Assembly (NCBI GenBank): GCA_963769975.1
Contig: CAVYNS010000003.1
Location: 384,434 to 448,433 of the forward strand
Reading direction: 5' to 3'
Source: an uncultured Chloroflexia bacterium
Lineage (GTDB): Bacteria; Chloroflexota; Dehalococcoidia; GIF9; AB-539-J10
Length of the DNA stretch: 64,000 bases
Shown here: piece after piece, positions 9,905-19,737 of the stretch
Position numbering within the stretch: position 1 is the stretch's first letter
Layout: every line of letters begins with the position of its first letter
The notes under the pieces: model-generated
The model's database searches: none
What the model saw: the letters and a program-made list of their open reading frames with translations, nothing else
Told to the model about the DNA's origin: nothing
Position numbers and translations under genes: made by a program

Positions 9905-11776
9905 TCATTCGGATATAAGACCTTTCATGTCTCCAAACCACTCAAGGAGCTCCGCATCTGGATCTACCTTATCAAGCAAAGCCTTCGTCATATTCTTTGT
10001 AGCACGGGAACAGAGTACCTTCTTTGCCTTGGATTCCTTGTCCTCTTTCACTTCTTCGGGAAGGTCGTCCCACGGTTTGGGGCTTCCAGAGGTTTCATGA
10101 ACCAATCGCGCGATCTCTCGCGGAACATCATCAAACGGCCCGAAATCAGATCCTATCTGCAAGCTAATATCTAGTTCTTTATATGCAGCAACAATGGCAT
10201 CTTTGTGCAGGTAATTCTCCATTTCCTTCTTCGCTGTGTTTCGGGCTTTACAACCCTCACGAGCAGTTACCTGATCTACATAGCCTTGGTATTTCGCCGG
10301 TTCCGGCGGAGCGACATCCCTATCGCAAAGATGGAACTCGGGTCTACAGAGGGGTTCAAGACGGGAGGACCAGAGCGCCAGCGTACTGCCGCCAAGAGGA
10401 AAGAAGATGATTTCACCATCCAGTTCTAGCCTTTCCAGATCAATAACGTCAACACCGTCATTGCGTAAAGCGGAAGCTATAGTCCGCAGAAAAGTAATGT
10501 CATTCGGGCCTTCTACGCCAATGAATAACTTCACTGTATTGTCTGGCAGAACCCCAAGGGATTTGGTAAATATCGGATTCGTCTGGGGGCCGCCCTTCAG
10601 GATTCTCCTGGACTTGTCTTCATTGATCTCGATGTAGCGTAGGCAACTATCGGGTAAAGCACGTGCGAGCATAGGCGTGTGCGTACTTATGATCACTTGG
10701 GCTTCGGAAGACAGGTCTGACAAAGCTCTCAACAGCATTCGCTGATTGTTCGGGTGCTGGCAAGTTTCGGGCTCTTCAATGGCATAAACCACCGCCGTAT
10801 GACCTGTTTCTCCTGCAAGTTGTTCCGCTTTTGCACGAAAGAAGTTCAGTAAAATGAGTCTCTTAACACCGCTGCCACGCTTGTTGAGGGGAATGTCGTC
10901 ATCTGAGGTAATGCTGGCCTTAAAGAGGCTATCCCATTTAAGTGTGGTAAAGGTAGGGTTGAGTTCCGTTGCGAGAGTGGGATCCATTTCACGGAGTTTT
11001 TCTAACGTCGAATTAGCGATCTTCTGCACTTCAGCCCGAACGTATTCAGTGATTTCCGCAAGTTCTGCTTCCTTAGCCTTGATAGCCTCTTTGACGGCAG
11101 CCTTCAGCGGGTCCTGGGCTTCAGAGTCTTGGTCAGTACTTTCGCGGTCTGACTTAAAAAGCGCGAAGGCAGGAAGGTACTTGCGAAGCTCAGTCCATAT
11201 CTTCTTGGCGTTGTCTGCTGCGGTCAGCGGGATCAACGATGGAGCAAGCTGCAGGTCAACAAAATGATCTCGTATTCGTGCGCGTATCTGAGCATTGATT
11301 CTCTGATCAACACCCTCGAGATCTAAGTTCAGATCTTTGGCCCGCTGTTTAAGGCCAGGATTCGTGAGTTGTAAGAGATCATTTGCCCCATCCACAGTTG
11401 GATGGTTGGCGTAGGCTTCGATGCTCGTGCATTTTGGCTTCTGCAGATGTCCGCTGTAAGACTTATGGATCTCCAGTCTCCCCTCATCGTTTAGGAGAAA
11501 CTCAATGCCGAATTTTGTGGGATTTGCGTCATCTAAGACAACTTCATCTGGAAGATCAGTAAACTCACAGATTATTTTCAAATCATTCGGATCGCCGCCT
11601 TTTGAAGCATCATCTTTATCTGGATCAATGTCGTTCAGGAACAAGTACAGTGCGTCCAGGACCGTAGACTTACCGGAATCGTTCCTTCCGATAAAAGCTG
11701 TGATATCCTCGAACTCAATAGGTATTTCTTCCTGAAAACACCGGAAGTTACGAAGGCGTAATCTCGCGAGTTTCAT
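9905..11776 (-). CDS. OLD-family ATP-dependent endonuclease (ABC-type ATPase + TOPRIM), class 1 (single gene)
   Basis: 623 aa; Walker A GRNDSGKST, Walker B/D-loop YAIEEPE, H-loop STHTP, and a C-terminal TOPRIM (GVEGPNDITFL ... DRD). Confidence 0.85.
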   Translation of the reverse strand: MKLARLRLRNFRCFQEEIPIEFEDITAFIGRNDSGKSTVLDALYLFLNDIDPDKDDASKGGDPNDLKIICEFTDLPDEVVLDDANPTKFGIEFLLNDEGRLEIHKSYSGHLQKPKCTSIEAYANHPTVDGANDLLQLTNPGLKQRAKDLNLDLEGVDQRINAQIRARIRDHFVDLQLAPSLIPLTAADNAKKIWTELRKYLPAFALFKSDRESTDQDSEAQDPLKAAVKEAIKAKEAELAEITEYVRAEVQKIANSTLEKLREMDPTLATELNPTFTTLKWDSLFKASITSDDDIPLNKRGSGVKRLILLNFFRAKAEQLAGETGHTAVVYAIEEPETCQHPNNQRMLLRALSDLSSEAQVIISTHTPMLARALPDSCLRYIEINEDKSRRILKGGPQTNPIFTKSLGVLPDNTVKLFIGVEGPNDITFLRTIASALRNDGVDVIDLERLELDGEIIFFPLGGSTLALWSSRLEPLCRPEFHLCDRDVAPPEPAKYQGYVDQVTAREGCKARNTAKKEMENYLHKDAIVAAYKELDISLQIGSDFGPFDDVPREIARLVHETSGSPKPWDDLPEEVKEDKESKAKKVLCSRATKNMTKALLDKVDPDAELLEWFGDMKGLISE

Positions 11777-11978
11777 TTTGGCTCACCAAATATCTATATC
11801 TTATGCTTATTTTCTATACTTATTCTATAAGTATATATTGTAGGATAAGACAGCACGAAATATCAAGTATGAAATATTAAGGATTTCCCTATTTAGATTA
11901 TGTTGAAATGTGAGGGGGTAATTCGGTATAACGGTCTGCAGGTCAGTTGCAACCGCTTGTTAGATGGCTCACTCCTGA

Positions 11979-12242
11979 TTACAGCCCGTATCGAAAAGGT
12001 CTGACACATTCAAATTGTCCAGGCGAAACACGTCGGAACAATTCAGAGTTTTTCCTAGGATTCCCTACTGAGTGCTTGTCCAAGAATGCTTTATAAGTTC
12101 CATTGCCAAACCCTGGACAAGCCGCTCGAAAATCATCTTTCGAGAAAGGCTCGCTCAGTGACCCTTTGCGAACGGCTTTGATAATGGCCGTGTACACTCG
12201 GTGCGTCATCGCTGCATTCTCCAGGCTAGATATAGCTCCCAT
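11979..12242 (-). CDS. hypothetical small protein (87 aa)
   Basis: ORF only; overlaps the 3' end of the upstream repeat peptide by 17 nt. Confidence 0.3.
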   Translation of the reverse strand: MGAISSLENAAMTHRVYTAIIKAVRKGSLSEPFSKDDFRAACPGFGNGTYKAFLDKHSVGNPRKNSELFRRVSPGQFECVRPFRYGL

Positions 12243-12477
12243 CAGGACACATCACAGGCTGGCCAGCAACATAGGTGCCGTCGGGAGCCATCATTATTTC
12301 GCCGCCATCGCCCACATACTTTCCATTTGGGGCCATGCGCGGAGTGCCAGCCACATAGCTTCCGTTTGGAGCCATCTGTATCGCTCCTCCGTCACCGACG
12401 TAAGTACCATCTGGCGCAAGACGAGGCGTGCCGTTGACATACTTTCCGTTCGGTGCCAATGTCGGTCGTTTTGTCAC
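12226..12477 (-). CDS. repeat peptide, five copies of (L/M)APNG(K/S)YV(A/N)GTPR-like units
   Basis: 83 aa; GTG start with a strong SD (GAGGAGG) 6 nt upstream; internal periodic repeats. Confidence 0.45.
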   Translation of the reverse strand: MTKRPTLAPNGKYVNGTPRLAPDGTYVGDGGAIQMAPNGSYVAGTPRMAPNGKYVGDGGEIMMAPDGTYVAGQPVMCPDGSYI

Positions 12478-12609
12478 TTTCTACCTCCTCGTTTGCCGTC
12501 TAACATCTATTTTTTTATACCCATTTTCTATGCCCATTCTAGTTGCCCGCGGTCACATAGAGCCGATGCTGGGCAGCGTTTTCCACCTGGCATAGTCCGA
12601 GAATTGTGT

Positions 12610-13194
12610 CTACCTCTCGATACTCTCCGCTCCCAGACACCAAGGCTTGGTCTGCTTCGAAATCTCCATCTGGCGGTCACATGCACGAGTATTGCTTCGC
12701 TCCAGCTCTAGCAATCGTCTCTTAACCGACAATCCACCACCATATCCGACAAGCTCTCCACCGCTTCCAATTATTCGATGGCAAGGGACGATTATGCTGA
12801 TGGGGTTTGCCGCGTTGGCATTGCCCACAGCTCGAACAGCTCTTTCATTGCCTATTTCCCTTGCTATCTGTGAGTATGTTGATGTAGCTCCATATGGCAC
12901 CTTCATGAGCGCATTCCAGACGCTTTTTTGGAAGTCAGTCCCCACCATTAATACAGGAATGTCAAACTTTCTCTTAAGTCCCTTAAAATACTCATCAAGT
13001 TGCGTTCTCGTTTTCTCCAGAATTTCATCATCGTGTTCGACAAACTCGGCATTCAATGCCTTCTTGATCCTATCATCAACGGTTCTTCTCATTTCTCTGC
13101 TTCTGAAACCAAGCAAACACAGTTTGCCACGAAAAGAACCCAGTACGACTCCCCCAATCTCAGTTTTGTGAAGTTGAATGTTAATTTGGTTCAT
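12610..13194 (-). CDS. ogt: methylated-DNA--protein-cysteine methyltransferase
   Basis: PCHRII active-site motif and a helix-turn-helix; 194 aa, slightly extended at both ends. Confidence 0.8.
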   Translation of the reverse strand: MNQINIQLHKTEIGGVVLGSFRGKLCLLGFRSREMRRTVDDRIKKALNAEFVEHDDEILEKTRTQLDEYFKGLKRKFDIPVLMVGTDFQKSVWNALMKVPYGATSTYSQIAREIGNERAVRAVGNANAANPISIIVPCHRIIGSGGELVGYGGGLSVKRRLLELERSNTRACDRQMEISKQTKPWCLGAESIER

Positions 13195-13275
13195 TTTTCC
13201 TCTCTTTCCCTACTCATAACGGCGGGTATAACGACCCTGCGACGAGCGAAAGAAAGATGCTCTTCATTTCAGGGA

Positions 13276-13353
13276 CACCATGCTTAATTCCAAAGATTAT
13301 GTCAACTCTTTATCTACATCAAGAGATATATATGTACGATGTCCCCTTAATTG
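13276..13353 (-). promoter_or_regulatory. promoter-like repeat module, copy 3 (upstream of ogt)
   Basis: Same module; the coding strand has TTGATG ... TTGACATAAT about 100 nt before the start; shares the TTAATT flanks with copy 2. Confidence 0.4.
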
Positions 13354-13362
13354 CCAGAATTA

Positions 13363-14715
13363 TCACTTCTCCCTGGTGGCCCATAGTGATGAAGCATCGA
13401 AAGCCTCTCCTTTGAGTTTGGCTTCTATGACTTTCTTTAATTCTCCTATGGGCACTCGAATTTGCGATAGGCTGTCTCTTTCCCGAATGGTAACCTGCTT
13501 ATCTTCTAAGGACTCAAAATCTATGGTCACGCAGAACGGGGTACCGATTTCGTCCTGACGCCTGTACCTTCGCCCTATGCTCTGAGAATCATCGTAATCG
13601 GTGACGAAGCTCGGGCATAGTTGCTTGAAAACCTCTTTAGCCAGGGGGGTTAACTTTTCATTCCTGCTTAAGGGCAAAACAGCTACTTTAATGGGAGCCA
13701 GAGAAGGATGCAGATGCAGAACTGTCCTTTTTTCTCCTTCGACTTCTTCCTCATCATAGGCATCAACGAGGAAAGCCAAAAGAGAGCGGTCGACGCCAGC
13801 CGAAGGCTCAATAACATAGGGAACATATTTTTCGCCAGCCTCAGCATCATAGTAACTGAGCTCTTTGCCGCTATGCTTGGCATGCTGGGTGAGGTCGAAA
13901 TCGCCCCTGTTAGCGATACCCTCCAGCTCCGACCAGTCCATAGGGAAGAGATAATCGATGTCATAGCAGTCCCTGGCATAGTGAGCCAGCTCATCTTTGC
14001 CATGCTGGCGCAGGCGAAGGTTTTCCTTCCTGATACCCAGTTTGACATACCAGTCAAACCTCTCCTTGACCCAGTAGTCAAGCCACTTTTCATCAGTCCC
14101 GGGCTTAACGAAATACTCCAGCTCCATATGCTCAAACTCTCTGGTCCTGAATATAAAGTTGCCGGGGGTGATTTCATTGCGGAAAGACTTACCTATCTGA
14201 GCAATGCCCAGAGGCAACTTCTTCCTAGAGGTGGTGACCACATTCTCAAAGTTAACGAATATGCCCTGGGCAGTTTCGGGGCGGAGATAGACAATGCTTG
14301 CTTCCTCTTCCACAGGACCCATAAAAGTTTTAAACATCAGGTTGAACATGCGAGGCTCGGTTAGCTCACCACCACATTGGGGACATTTCTTGCCTTCTAC
14401 TGCGTCAGCACGCCACCTCAGGTGGCAGGACTTGCACTCTACAAGGGGGTCTGTGAAATTATCAATGTGGCCACTAGCAGCCCAGACTCCGGGGTGCATC
14501 ATGATTGATGTGTCCAGACCTACTACATCATCCCGCTCATGGACTACCGCCTTCCACCAGGCCTCTTTGACATTGCGCTTAAGTTCCACCCCCATAGGAC
14601 CGTAATCCCAGCAACTAGCTAAACCGCCATATATTTCGCTGCTGGGGAAAATAAAACCCCTCCGCTTACATAGAGAAACGATTCTATCCATATCTACTTT
14701 AGCAGGCATCTTCAC
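13363..14715 (-). CDS. glyQS: glycine--tRNA ligase (dimeric archaeal/eukaryal type)
   Basis: 450 aa; class II aaRS motifs, and the N-terminus [23 protein letters not shown] is typical of alpha2 GlyRS. Confidence 0.9.
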   Translation of the reverse strand: MKMPAKVDMDRIVSLCKRRGFIFPSSEIYGGLASCWDYGPMGVELKRNVKEAWWKAVVHERDDVVGLDTSIMMHPGVWAASGHIDNFTDPLVECKSCHLRWRADAVEGKKCPQCGGELTEPRMFNLMFKTFMGPVEEEASIVYLRPETAQGIFVNFENVVTTSRKKLPLGIAQIGKSFRNEITPGNFIFRTREFEHMELEYFVKPGTDEKWLDYWVKERFDWYVKLGIRKENLRLRQHGKDELAHYARDCYDIDYLFPMDWSELEGIANRGDFDLTQHAKHSGKELSYYDAEAGEKYVPYVIEPSAGVDRSLLAFLVDAYDEEEVEGEKRTVLHLHPSLAPIKVAVLPLSRNEKLTPLAKEVFKQLCPSFVTDYDDSQSIGRRYRRQDEIGTPFCVTIDFESLEDKQVTIRERDSLSQIRVPIGELKKVIEAKLKGEAFDASSLWATREK

Positions 14716-14805
14716 GTCTCCTTTGAGTTTCTTAGCTTACCAGCTTTATTCACAGGCGTCAAAGGGGTGTCCTCGTTCGCGGTACCTGAATGACACTTCC
14801 TCTCT

Positions 14806-14882
14806 GTCATTGCGAGGCTGGCGAAGCCAGCCGAAGCAATCTCGGTGGGGCTAAGAGATTGCCGCGCTTCGCTCGCAATGAC
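14806..14882. repeat. palindromic intergenic element (GTCATTGCGAG ... CTCGCAATGAC family)
   Basis: Imperfect 27-38-nt inverted repeat around a 12-nt loop, between glyQS and clpB; its translation yields the spurious ORFs 14712-14963 and 14845-15120. Confidence 0.6.
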
Positions 14883-14967
14883 GAAAGAAAGAGGGGCTCG
14901 CAATAACATGGGCTCAGCGTGGCAAAGAGAAAAGGTCATAGAGGAAAGCGAGTTGCTGAACAACCTA

Positions 14968-17403
14968 TTATTTAGTCTTAGCCCTGGCAGTTTTCAAGGC
15001 CGCGAAGCTCAGGTTATCTTCCTTCAAGCTAACAGCTATGGTATCTCCTTCTTTGAACTCACCCTGCAATATCTTGGTCGATATGGGATTTTCCACATAC
15101 TTCTGAATAGCCCGGCGTAAGGGGCGAGCTCCATATACCGGATCGTAGCCTTTCTGGACTAACCAGGCTTTGGCTTCTTCATTCACTTCAAGCTGAATAT
15201 TACGCTCAGCCAACCCACGTTCTACCTCACGGATAAGTAGGTCAACGATGCTCTTCAAGTGCTCTTTAGTTAGAGGGTGGAATATGATGACATCATCTAT
15301 CCGGTTGAGTAACTCGGGAAGTAAGTGTTCCTTTAAGGCGCTTTTCACATCGGTCCTCATTTTTTCTTCGTCGCCTTCCTCTTTACGGAGAAAACCTATG
15401 CCCCCACGCTGGAATTCCTTGGAGCCTAAGTTACTGGTCATGATTACTACCGTGTTTTTGAAATCCACAGTCCGGCCATGTCCATCGGTAAGCCGGCCAT
15501 CCTCCAGTAGCTGCAACAATATGCTAAGGACGTCGGGATGAGCCTTTTCCACCTCGTCGAACAGGATGACCCGATAAGGACGGCGGTGCACGGCCTCAGT
15601 CAATTGTCCCCCTTCCTCATAGCCCACATACCCGGGAGGCGACCCGATAAGACGGGACACAGTATGTTCTTGCATATATTCCGACATGTCCAGCCTTACC
15701 ATGGCGTCTTCGTCGTCGAAGAGAAACTCGGCTAAGGCACGAGCCAGCTCGGTTTTCCCCACACCGGTAGGGCCGAGGAAGATGAAACTGCCGATAGGAC
15801 GTTTGGGGTCCTTGAGCCCGGCTCGGCCACGCCTGATAGCCTCAGAAACGGCAGCCACTGCCTCATCCTGGTCCACTATCCTCTGGTGAATCCTCTCCTC
15901 CATATGAACCAACTTATCAGTTTCCGTTTCCATCATCCGCGAAACGGGTATGCCTGTCCACTGGGCAACCAGTCCGGCGATATCTTCCTCATCTACCACA
16001 CTGTCAATCTTCTTCTCTTTCTGCCACTTGAGTTTGGCCTGGTTGTATTCCTGTTCCAAACGTATCCTTTCCGCTTTCAATTCAGCAGCTTTCTTATAGT
16101 CCTGCCGCTGCGAAGCAGCCTCCTCCTCATCACGCAGGTGTTTCATCTTTCGGTCCAAAGTTTTAACTTCCTCAGGAGCGCTTTCCATATCAAGGCGTAG
16201 CTTGCTGGCTGCCTCATCGATTAAGTCAATTGCCTTGTCAGGCAAGAATCTGTCGGATATATATCTCTGGCTCAGCTTGGCAGCAGCTACCAGGGCGGAA
16301 TCTTCGATCTTTATTTTGTGATGTGCTTCATATCGGGGACGAAGTCCTCGAAGCATCTCTATGGTGGCTTCTACGCTGGGTTCATCTAGATAAACAGGGC
16401 TGAAACGTCTCTCCAGCGCCTTATCTTTCTCCACGTGCTTGCGATATTCATCCAGTGTAGTGGCCCCGATACATTGAATCTCACCGCGAGCCAGTGCTGG
16501 CTTTAGCATATTACTGGCGTCAATTGCTCCTTCGGCAGCTCCAGCCCCCACCACGGTGTGAAGCTCATCAATGAACATAATAACTTCACCAGCCGCCTGC
16601 CGGACTTCATCTAAAACCGCCTTTAGCCTTTCCTCAAACTCCCCGCGGAATTTGCTTCCCGCTACCAGTGCTCCCATATCCAAAGCCACCACCCTTTTCC
16701 CTTTCAGGGAATCGGGGACATCTTCAGCAGCAATCTTTTGAGCTAATCCCTCAGCAATGGCAGTCTTGCCCACGCCGGCGTCGCCAATAATCACAGGATT
16801 GTTCTTGGTGCGCCGGGAAAGTATCTGTATCACACGCTTGATTTCGTTTTCCCGTCCGATTACAGGGTCGAGCTTGCCCTGACGAGCTAACTCCGTGAGG
16901 TCATGCCCGTACTTTTCCAGGGAACGGTACTTGCTTTCCGCTTGACGGTCGGTGACGCGATGACCGCCACGGATTTTCTGCAAGACTTGATAAATTTTTT
17001 CCTGGGTGACGCCAGATTCAGCGAGAATTGTTGCGGCTTCGCCCCTGGTTTCTCCGGCAATAGCAATGAGCAGATGCTCAGTGCTGACAAACTCGTCCTT
17101 GAGCCTGTCAGCTTCCTTGTTGGCATTCTCGAGAAGAGCAGCAACTCGCGGAGTAGCATAAATTTGCCCCACCTCATAAGTTATCTTGGGGAAACTTTCA
17201 AGCGTTGCTCCTACCCGCTTTTTTATCATATCAATATCCACACCCAGCATCTGTAATATGTCCTTGGTTACTCCCTTTTCCTGCTCCAGCAAAGCTAACA
17301 GGACATGCTCCACATCCCACTGGTTATGGCGATAGCGACGAACTAGCTCCTGTGAGGCTTCTAGAACCCCTTGTGCTTGCTCAGTAAATCTCTCCGGTTT
17401 CAA
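14968..17403 (-). CDS. clpB: ATP-dependent chaperone ClpB
   Basis: 811 aa; two AAA+ modules (GVGKT Walker A twice), a coiled-coil middle domain and a Clp N-domain; TTG start with an AGGGGG SD. Confidence 0.9.
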   Translation of the reverse strand: MKPERFTEQAQGVLEASQELVRRYRHNQWDVEHVLLALLEQEKGVTKDILQMLGVDIDMIKKRVGATLESFPKITYEVGQIYATPRVAALLENANKEADRLKDEFVSTEHLLIAIAGETRGEAATILAESGVTQEKIYQVLQKIRGGHRVTDRQAESKYRSLEKYGHDLTELARQGKLDPVIGRENEIKRVIQILSRRTKNNPVIIGDAGVGKTAIAEGLAQKIAAEDVPDSLKGKRVVALDMGALVAGSKFRGEFEERLKAVLDEVRQAAGEVIMFIDELHTVVGAGAAEGAIDASNMLKPALARGEIQCIGATTLDEYRKHVEKDKALERRFSPVYLDEPSVEATIEMLRGLRPRYEAHHKIKIEDSALVAAAKLSQRYISDRFLPDKAIDLIDEAASKLRLDMESAPEEVKTLDRKMKHLRDEEEAASQRQDYKKAAELKAERIRLEQEYNQAKLKWQKEKKIDSVVDEEDIAGLVAQWTGIPVSRMMETETDKLVHMEERIHQRIVDQDEAVAAVSEAIRRGRAGLKDPKRPIGSFIFLGPTGVGKTELARALAEFLFDDEDAMVRLDMSEYMQEHTVSRLIGSPPGYVGYEEGGQLTEAVHRRPYRVILFDEVEKAHPDVLSILLQLLEDGRLTDGHGRTVDFKNTVVIMTSNLGSKEFQRGGIGFLRKEEGDEEKMRTDVKSALKEHLLPELLNRIDDVIIFHPLTKEHLKSIVDLLIREVERGLAERNIQLEVNEEAKAWLVQKGYDPVYGARPLRRAIQKYVENPISTKILQGEFKEGDTIAVSLKEDNLSFAALKTARAKTK

Positions 17404-17436
17404 CTTTTTATACCCCCTAATTGTCTATTTTGTCAC

Positions 17437-17521
17437 CCTGAGCGATAGCGAAGGGTCTAGATTCTTCGCAGACCCTGCCCTGAGCAGCATGAGATTCTTC
17501 GCTACGCTCAGAATGACAGAT
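17437..17521. repeat. palindromic intergenic element related to 14806-14882 (TGTCACCCTGAGCG ... CGCTCAGAATGACA)
   Basis: 85-nt element with 14-nt terminal inverted repeats in the clpB 5' region, downstream of hspR. Confidence 0.6.
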
Positions 17522-17538
17522 GAGTTGTTAAATGGTTT

Positions 17539-17901
17539 TTATACTTCCTTCCATTCTGCGTCTTCTATTATGTCCTCTATTATGTCTTCTATTTCAGTTT
17601 CGCCAATCATCTTAGCTTTCTTTTCCATCTCCTCAAGCTGGCGTTGCATATCTTTCATCCTCTGCATCAACTTCAACACCACCTCTACCCCAGCCAAATT
17701 AACGCCACAATCGCTCATCAGAGCCTTAATATAGCGCAAGCGGTCAACATCTTCCTCGGAATAGAGACGGATATTGCCACTGGAGCGCTCTGGTTGTACC
17801 AGCCCCAGCCTTTCGTAATACCGCAATGTGTGAGCCTCTATGCCTATCATTCTGGCGGCTATGCTTATCACGTATCTCGGTTTAGATTCCCAGTCTACCA
17901 T
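17539..17901 (-). CDS. hspR: MerR-family heat-shock repressor (HspR-like)
   Basis: 120 aa; MerR HTH (ISIAARMIGIEAHTLRYYERLGL); sits between dnaJ and clpB as in hspR operons. Confidence 0.75.
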   Translation of the reverse strand: MVDWESKPRYVISIAARMIGIEAHTLRYYERLGLVQPERSSGNIRLYSEEDVDRLRYIKALMSDCGVNLAGVEVVLKLMQRMKDMQRQLEEMEKKAKMIGETEIEDIIEDIIEDAEWKEV

Positions 17902-17915
17902 TGTGGCACCTCGCT

Positions 17916-18902
17916 TTATGCGGGTCGCAGAGACCGCAATCTCTCAAATAGTTTCCTTTCCTCCTCGGTCAAATTAGTAGGCAGAACCACTTTTACCTTA
18001 GCAAACATATTGCCGTAATTTGCATTGCCTAGTTGGGGCATGCCCTTCCCAGCCAGGCGAAAAACCTTGCCGTTTTGAGTCTCCGGTGGAATTTTAAGAG
18101 ATAGATTGCCATTCAAAGTGGGCAATCCGACTTCCCCACCCAACACGGCGGTGGCTAAAGGCACTGAGACTTCAGCATAAAGGTCATCTCCTTTGCGCTC
18201 AAAGAGTTGGTGAGGGAGAACCTTCACGACCAGATAAAGGTCACCTCCGTTGCCCTCAGCACGGCTAGGGCCGCCTTCCCCAGCTATACGGATCCTCGAG
18301 CCATCTCTGACTCCCGCGGGAATCTTAACCTCCAGGCGCTTGGGAATCACTTTGCCACCAGCACCGTTGCAAATAGTACAGACTCGATTGCCTACCTTGC
18401 CTGTGCCGCCACAAGCTGTACAAGGCTCTTCGGTCTCAAGCTGTATAACACGCGCAGAGCCATGGTAAGCTTCTTCAAGACTTACCTCAATTGGGGACTC
18501 TATATCCTGACCACGTTGTGGCCCACGTCTCATCCTGGAACCTATGCCAGCATCGCCGAACAGACTTGAGAAAATATCGCCAAAGCCACTGCGGTCGCCA
18601 TATTCGAAAGTTGTGCCACCTTTGCCAAAATCCCACCGGACTCCCTCCCGACCTCCAGCTTTAGCAAATTGCTCAGCATATTCCCACTGGTCACCAAATT
18701 GGTCGTACTTCTTGCGCTTTTCAGGATTGGAAAGGACTTCGTAAGCCGCATTTATCCCCTTAAATCTTGCCTCAGCCGATTTATCGCCAGGATTGAGGTC
18801 AGGATGATGTTTGCGAGCCAAACGGCGGTAGGCCTGCTTGATTTCCTTTTCCGAAGCATTCCTACTTACGCCTAAAATCTGATAATAGTCCTTGCCTGTC
18901 AT
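17916..18902 (-). CDS. DnaJ-class co-chaperone (J-domain, reduced zinc finger)
   Basis: 328 aa; J-domain HPD motif, CxxCxGxG repeats, DnaJ C-terminal domain. Confidence 0.8.
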   Translation of the reverse strand: MTGKDYYQILGVSRNASEKEIKQAYRRLARKHHPDLNPGDKSAEARFKGINAAYEVLSNPEKRKKYDQFGDQWEYAEQFAKAGGREGVRWDFGKGGTTFEYGDRSGFGDIFSSLFGDAGIGSRMRRGPQRGQDIESPIEVSLEEAYHGSARVIQLETEEPCTACGGTGKVGNRVCTICNGAGGKVIPKRLEVKIPAGVRDGSRIRIAGEGGPSRAEGNGGDLYLVVKVLPHQLFERKGDDLYAEVSVPLATAVLGGEVGLPTLNGNLSLKIPPETQNGKVFRLAGKGMPQLGNANYGNMFAKVKVVLPTNLTEEERKLFERLRSLRPA

Positions 18903-18928
18903 TTTTCTCCCCTTGTGATTTCGCTCCT

Positions 18929-18957
18929 AATTATAAAATTGTTTAAATATTTTGTCA
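18929..18957 (-). promoter_or_regulatory. sigma70-consensus promoter of the dnaJ-hspR operon
   Basis: The coding strand reads TTGACA-N17-TATAAT, then a ~25-nt leader with an AAGGGGAG SD before the ATG at 18902. Confidence 0.55.
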
Positions 18958-19094
18958 AACATTTTTCAACAGCTTTCGAGGAAACTTAACAGGATTGTTT
19001 AATCCCCTTATAATACTTAGCTGAACTGAGAGTGGGGCTCAGTAACAAACTAAAAAAAGAGGTGAGCTAAACGGCTATAAAAGAGAGAAAATGA

Positions 19095-19715
19095 CTATTG
19101 CAGGGCCCCGCTCTCAGACTTCAACAAATCGATGAACTGTCTTAAAATCCTGGCGGTAGCCCCCCAGATGATATGACCTTCATACTCATAGGCGTAAGAG
19201 TCTTGCTTGAAATTGGCTTCATCCATCAGAAATGACAGGGGAACAGAAAAGGCTCCCTTTACTTCTCGGCCGTTGGTCTTCAAAGAGTGAGGAGTGGGTA
19301 TGAAGGCCACAAAAGGCGAAATAACATAGTTAGTGACAAGAGTCACACTATCGTCAAGCTCCCCTAAAATTTCAATATCTTTGACCTCTAAACCTATCTC
19401 TTCTTTACTCTCTCTGAGAGCAGTCTGGAGTAAACTGGAATCAGATGGCTCTCGGGTCCCCCCGGGAAAGCAGACCTGCCCTTTGTGAAAGACTACCTCA
19501 TCGCTTCTTTCGGTAAACAGAACATGATATTGCCCCTGGTCATAAAAAAGAGGTATGAGCACTGCCGAAGCTTTAAGGCTTTCGCCGATGATTTTCTTTT
19601 TCTTGCGATTACGGAGGATTTTTTTAATCTGCTGTTTCACGGCGTTGTGATTATACCACTTCCTAAGACGCCAAATATTCGCAAGCTCAGTAGCTGAAAG
19701 TTGTCGCATAAGCAT
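19095..19715 (-). CDS. NUDIX hydrolase (CoA-pyrophosphatase-like)
   Basis: 206 aa; Nudix box GGTREPSDSSLLQTALRESKEEIGL. Confidence 0.75.
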   Translation of the reverse strand: MLMRQLSATELANIWRLRKWYNHNAVKQQIKKILRNRKKKKIIGESLKASAVLIPLFYDQGQYHVLFTERSDEVVFHKGQVCFPGGTREPSDSSLLQTALRESKEEIGLEVKDIEILGELDDSVTLVTNYVISPFVAFIPTPHSLKTNGREVKGAFSVPLSFLMDEANFKQDSYAYEYEGHIIWGATARILRQFIDLLKSESGALQ

Positions 19716-19737
19716 TTAAGGATTATACTTAAAGTTT

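Noticed and set aside
12103-12711. 202-aa plus-strand ORF overlapping the repeat peptide and the ogt 3' end
   Set aside because: Extremely biased His/Arg/Ser/Cys composition. It is antisense to two better-supported genes and has no RBS, so it is likely a spurious shadow ORF.
14712-15120. Two overlapping small ORFs (83 aa minus strand, 91 aa plus strand) between glyQS and clpB
   Set aside because: Both are translations of the palindromic element (…ASLAMT… on both strands), so they are a repeat artefact.
17437-17470. TTGACA-N18-TATAAA promoter-like match immediately upstream of the clpB start
   Set aside because: The TATAAA box lies between the SD (AGGGGG) and the TTG start codon. A transcript from it would lack the RBS, so it is probably a coincidental match within the palindromic element.
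19024-19042. Rho-independent terminator for the NUDIX gene
   Set aside because: The A/T tract is on the wrong side of the hairpin for a minus-strand transcript. It is retained only as a candidate operator-like inverted repeat.
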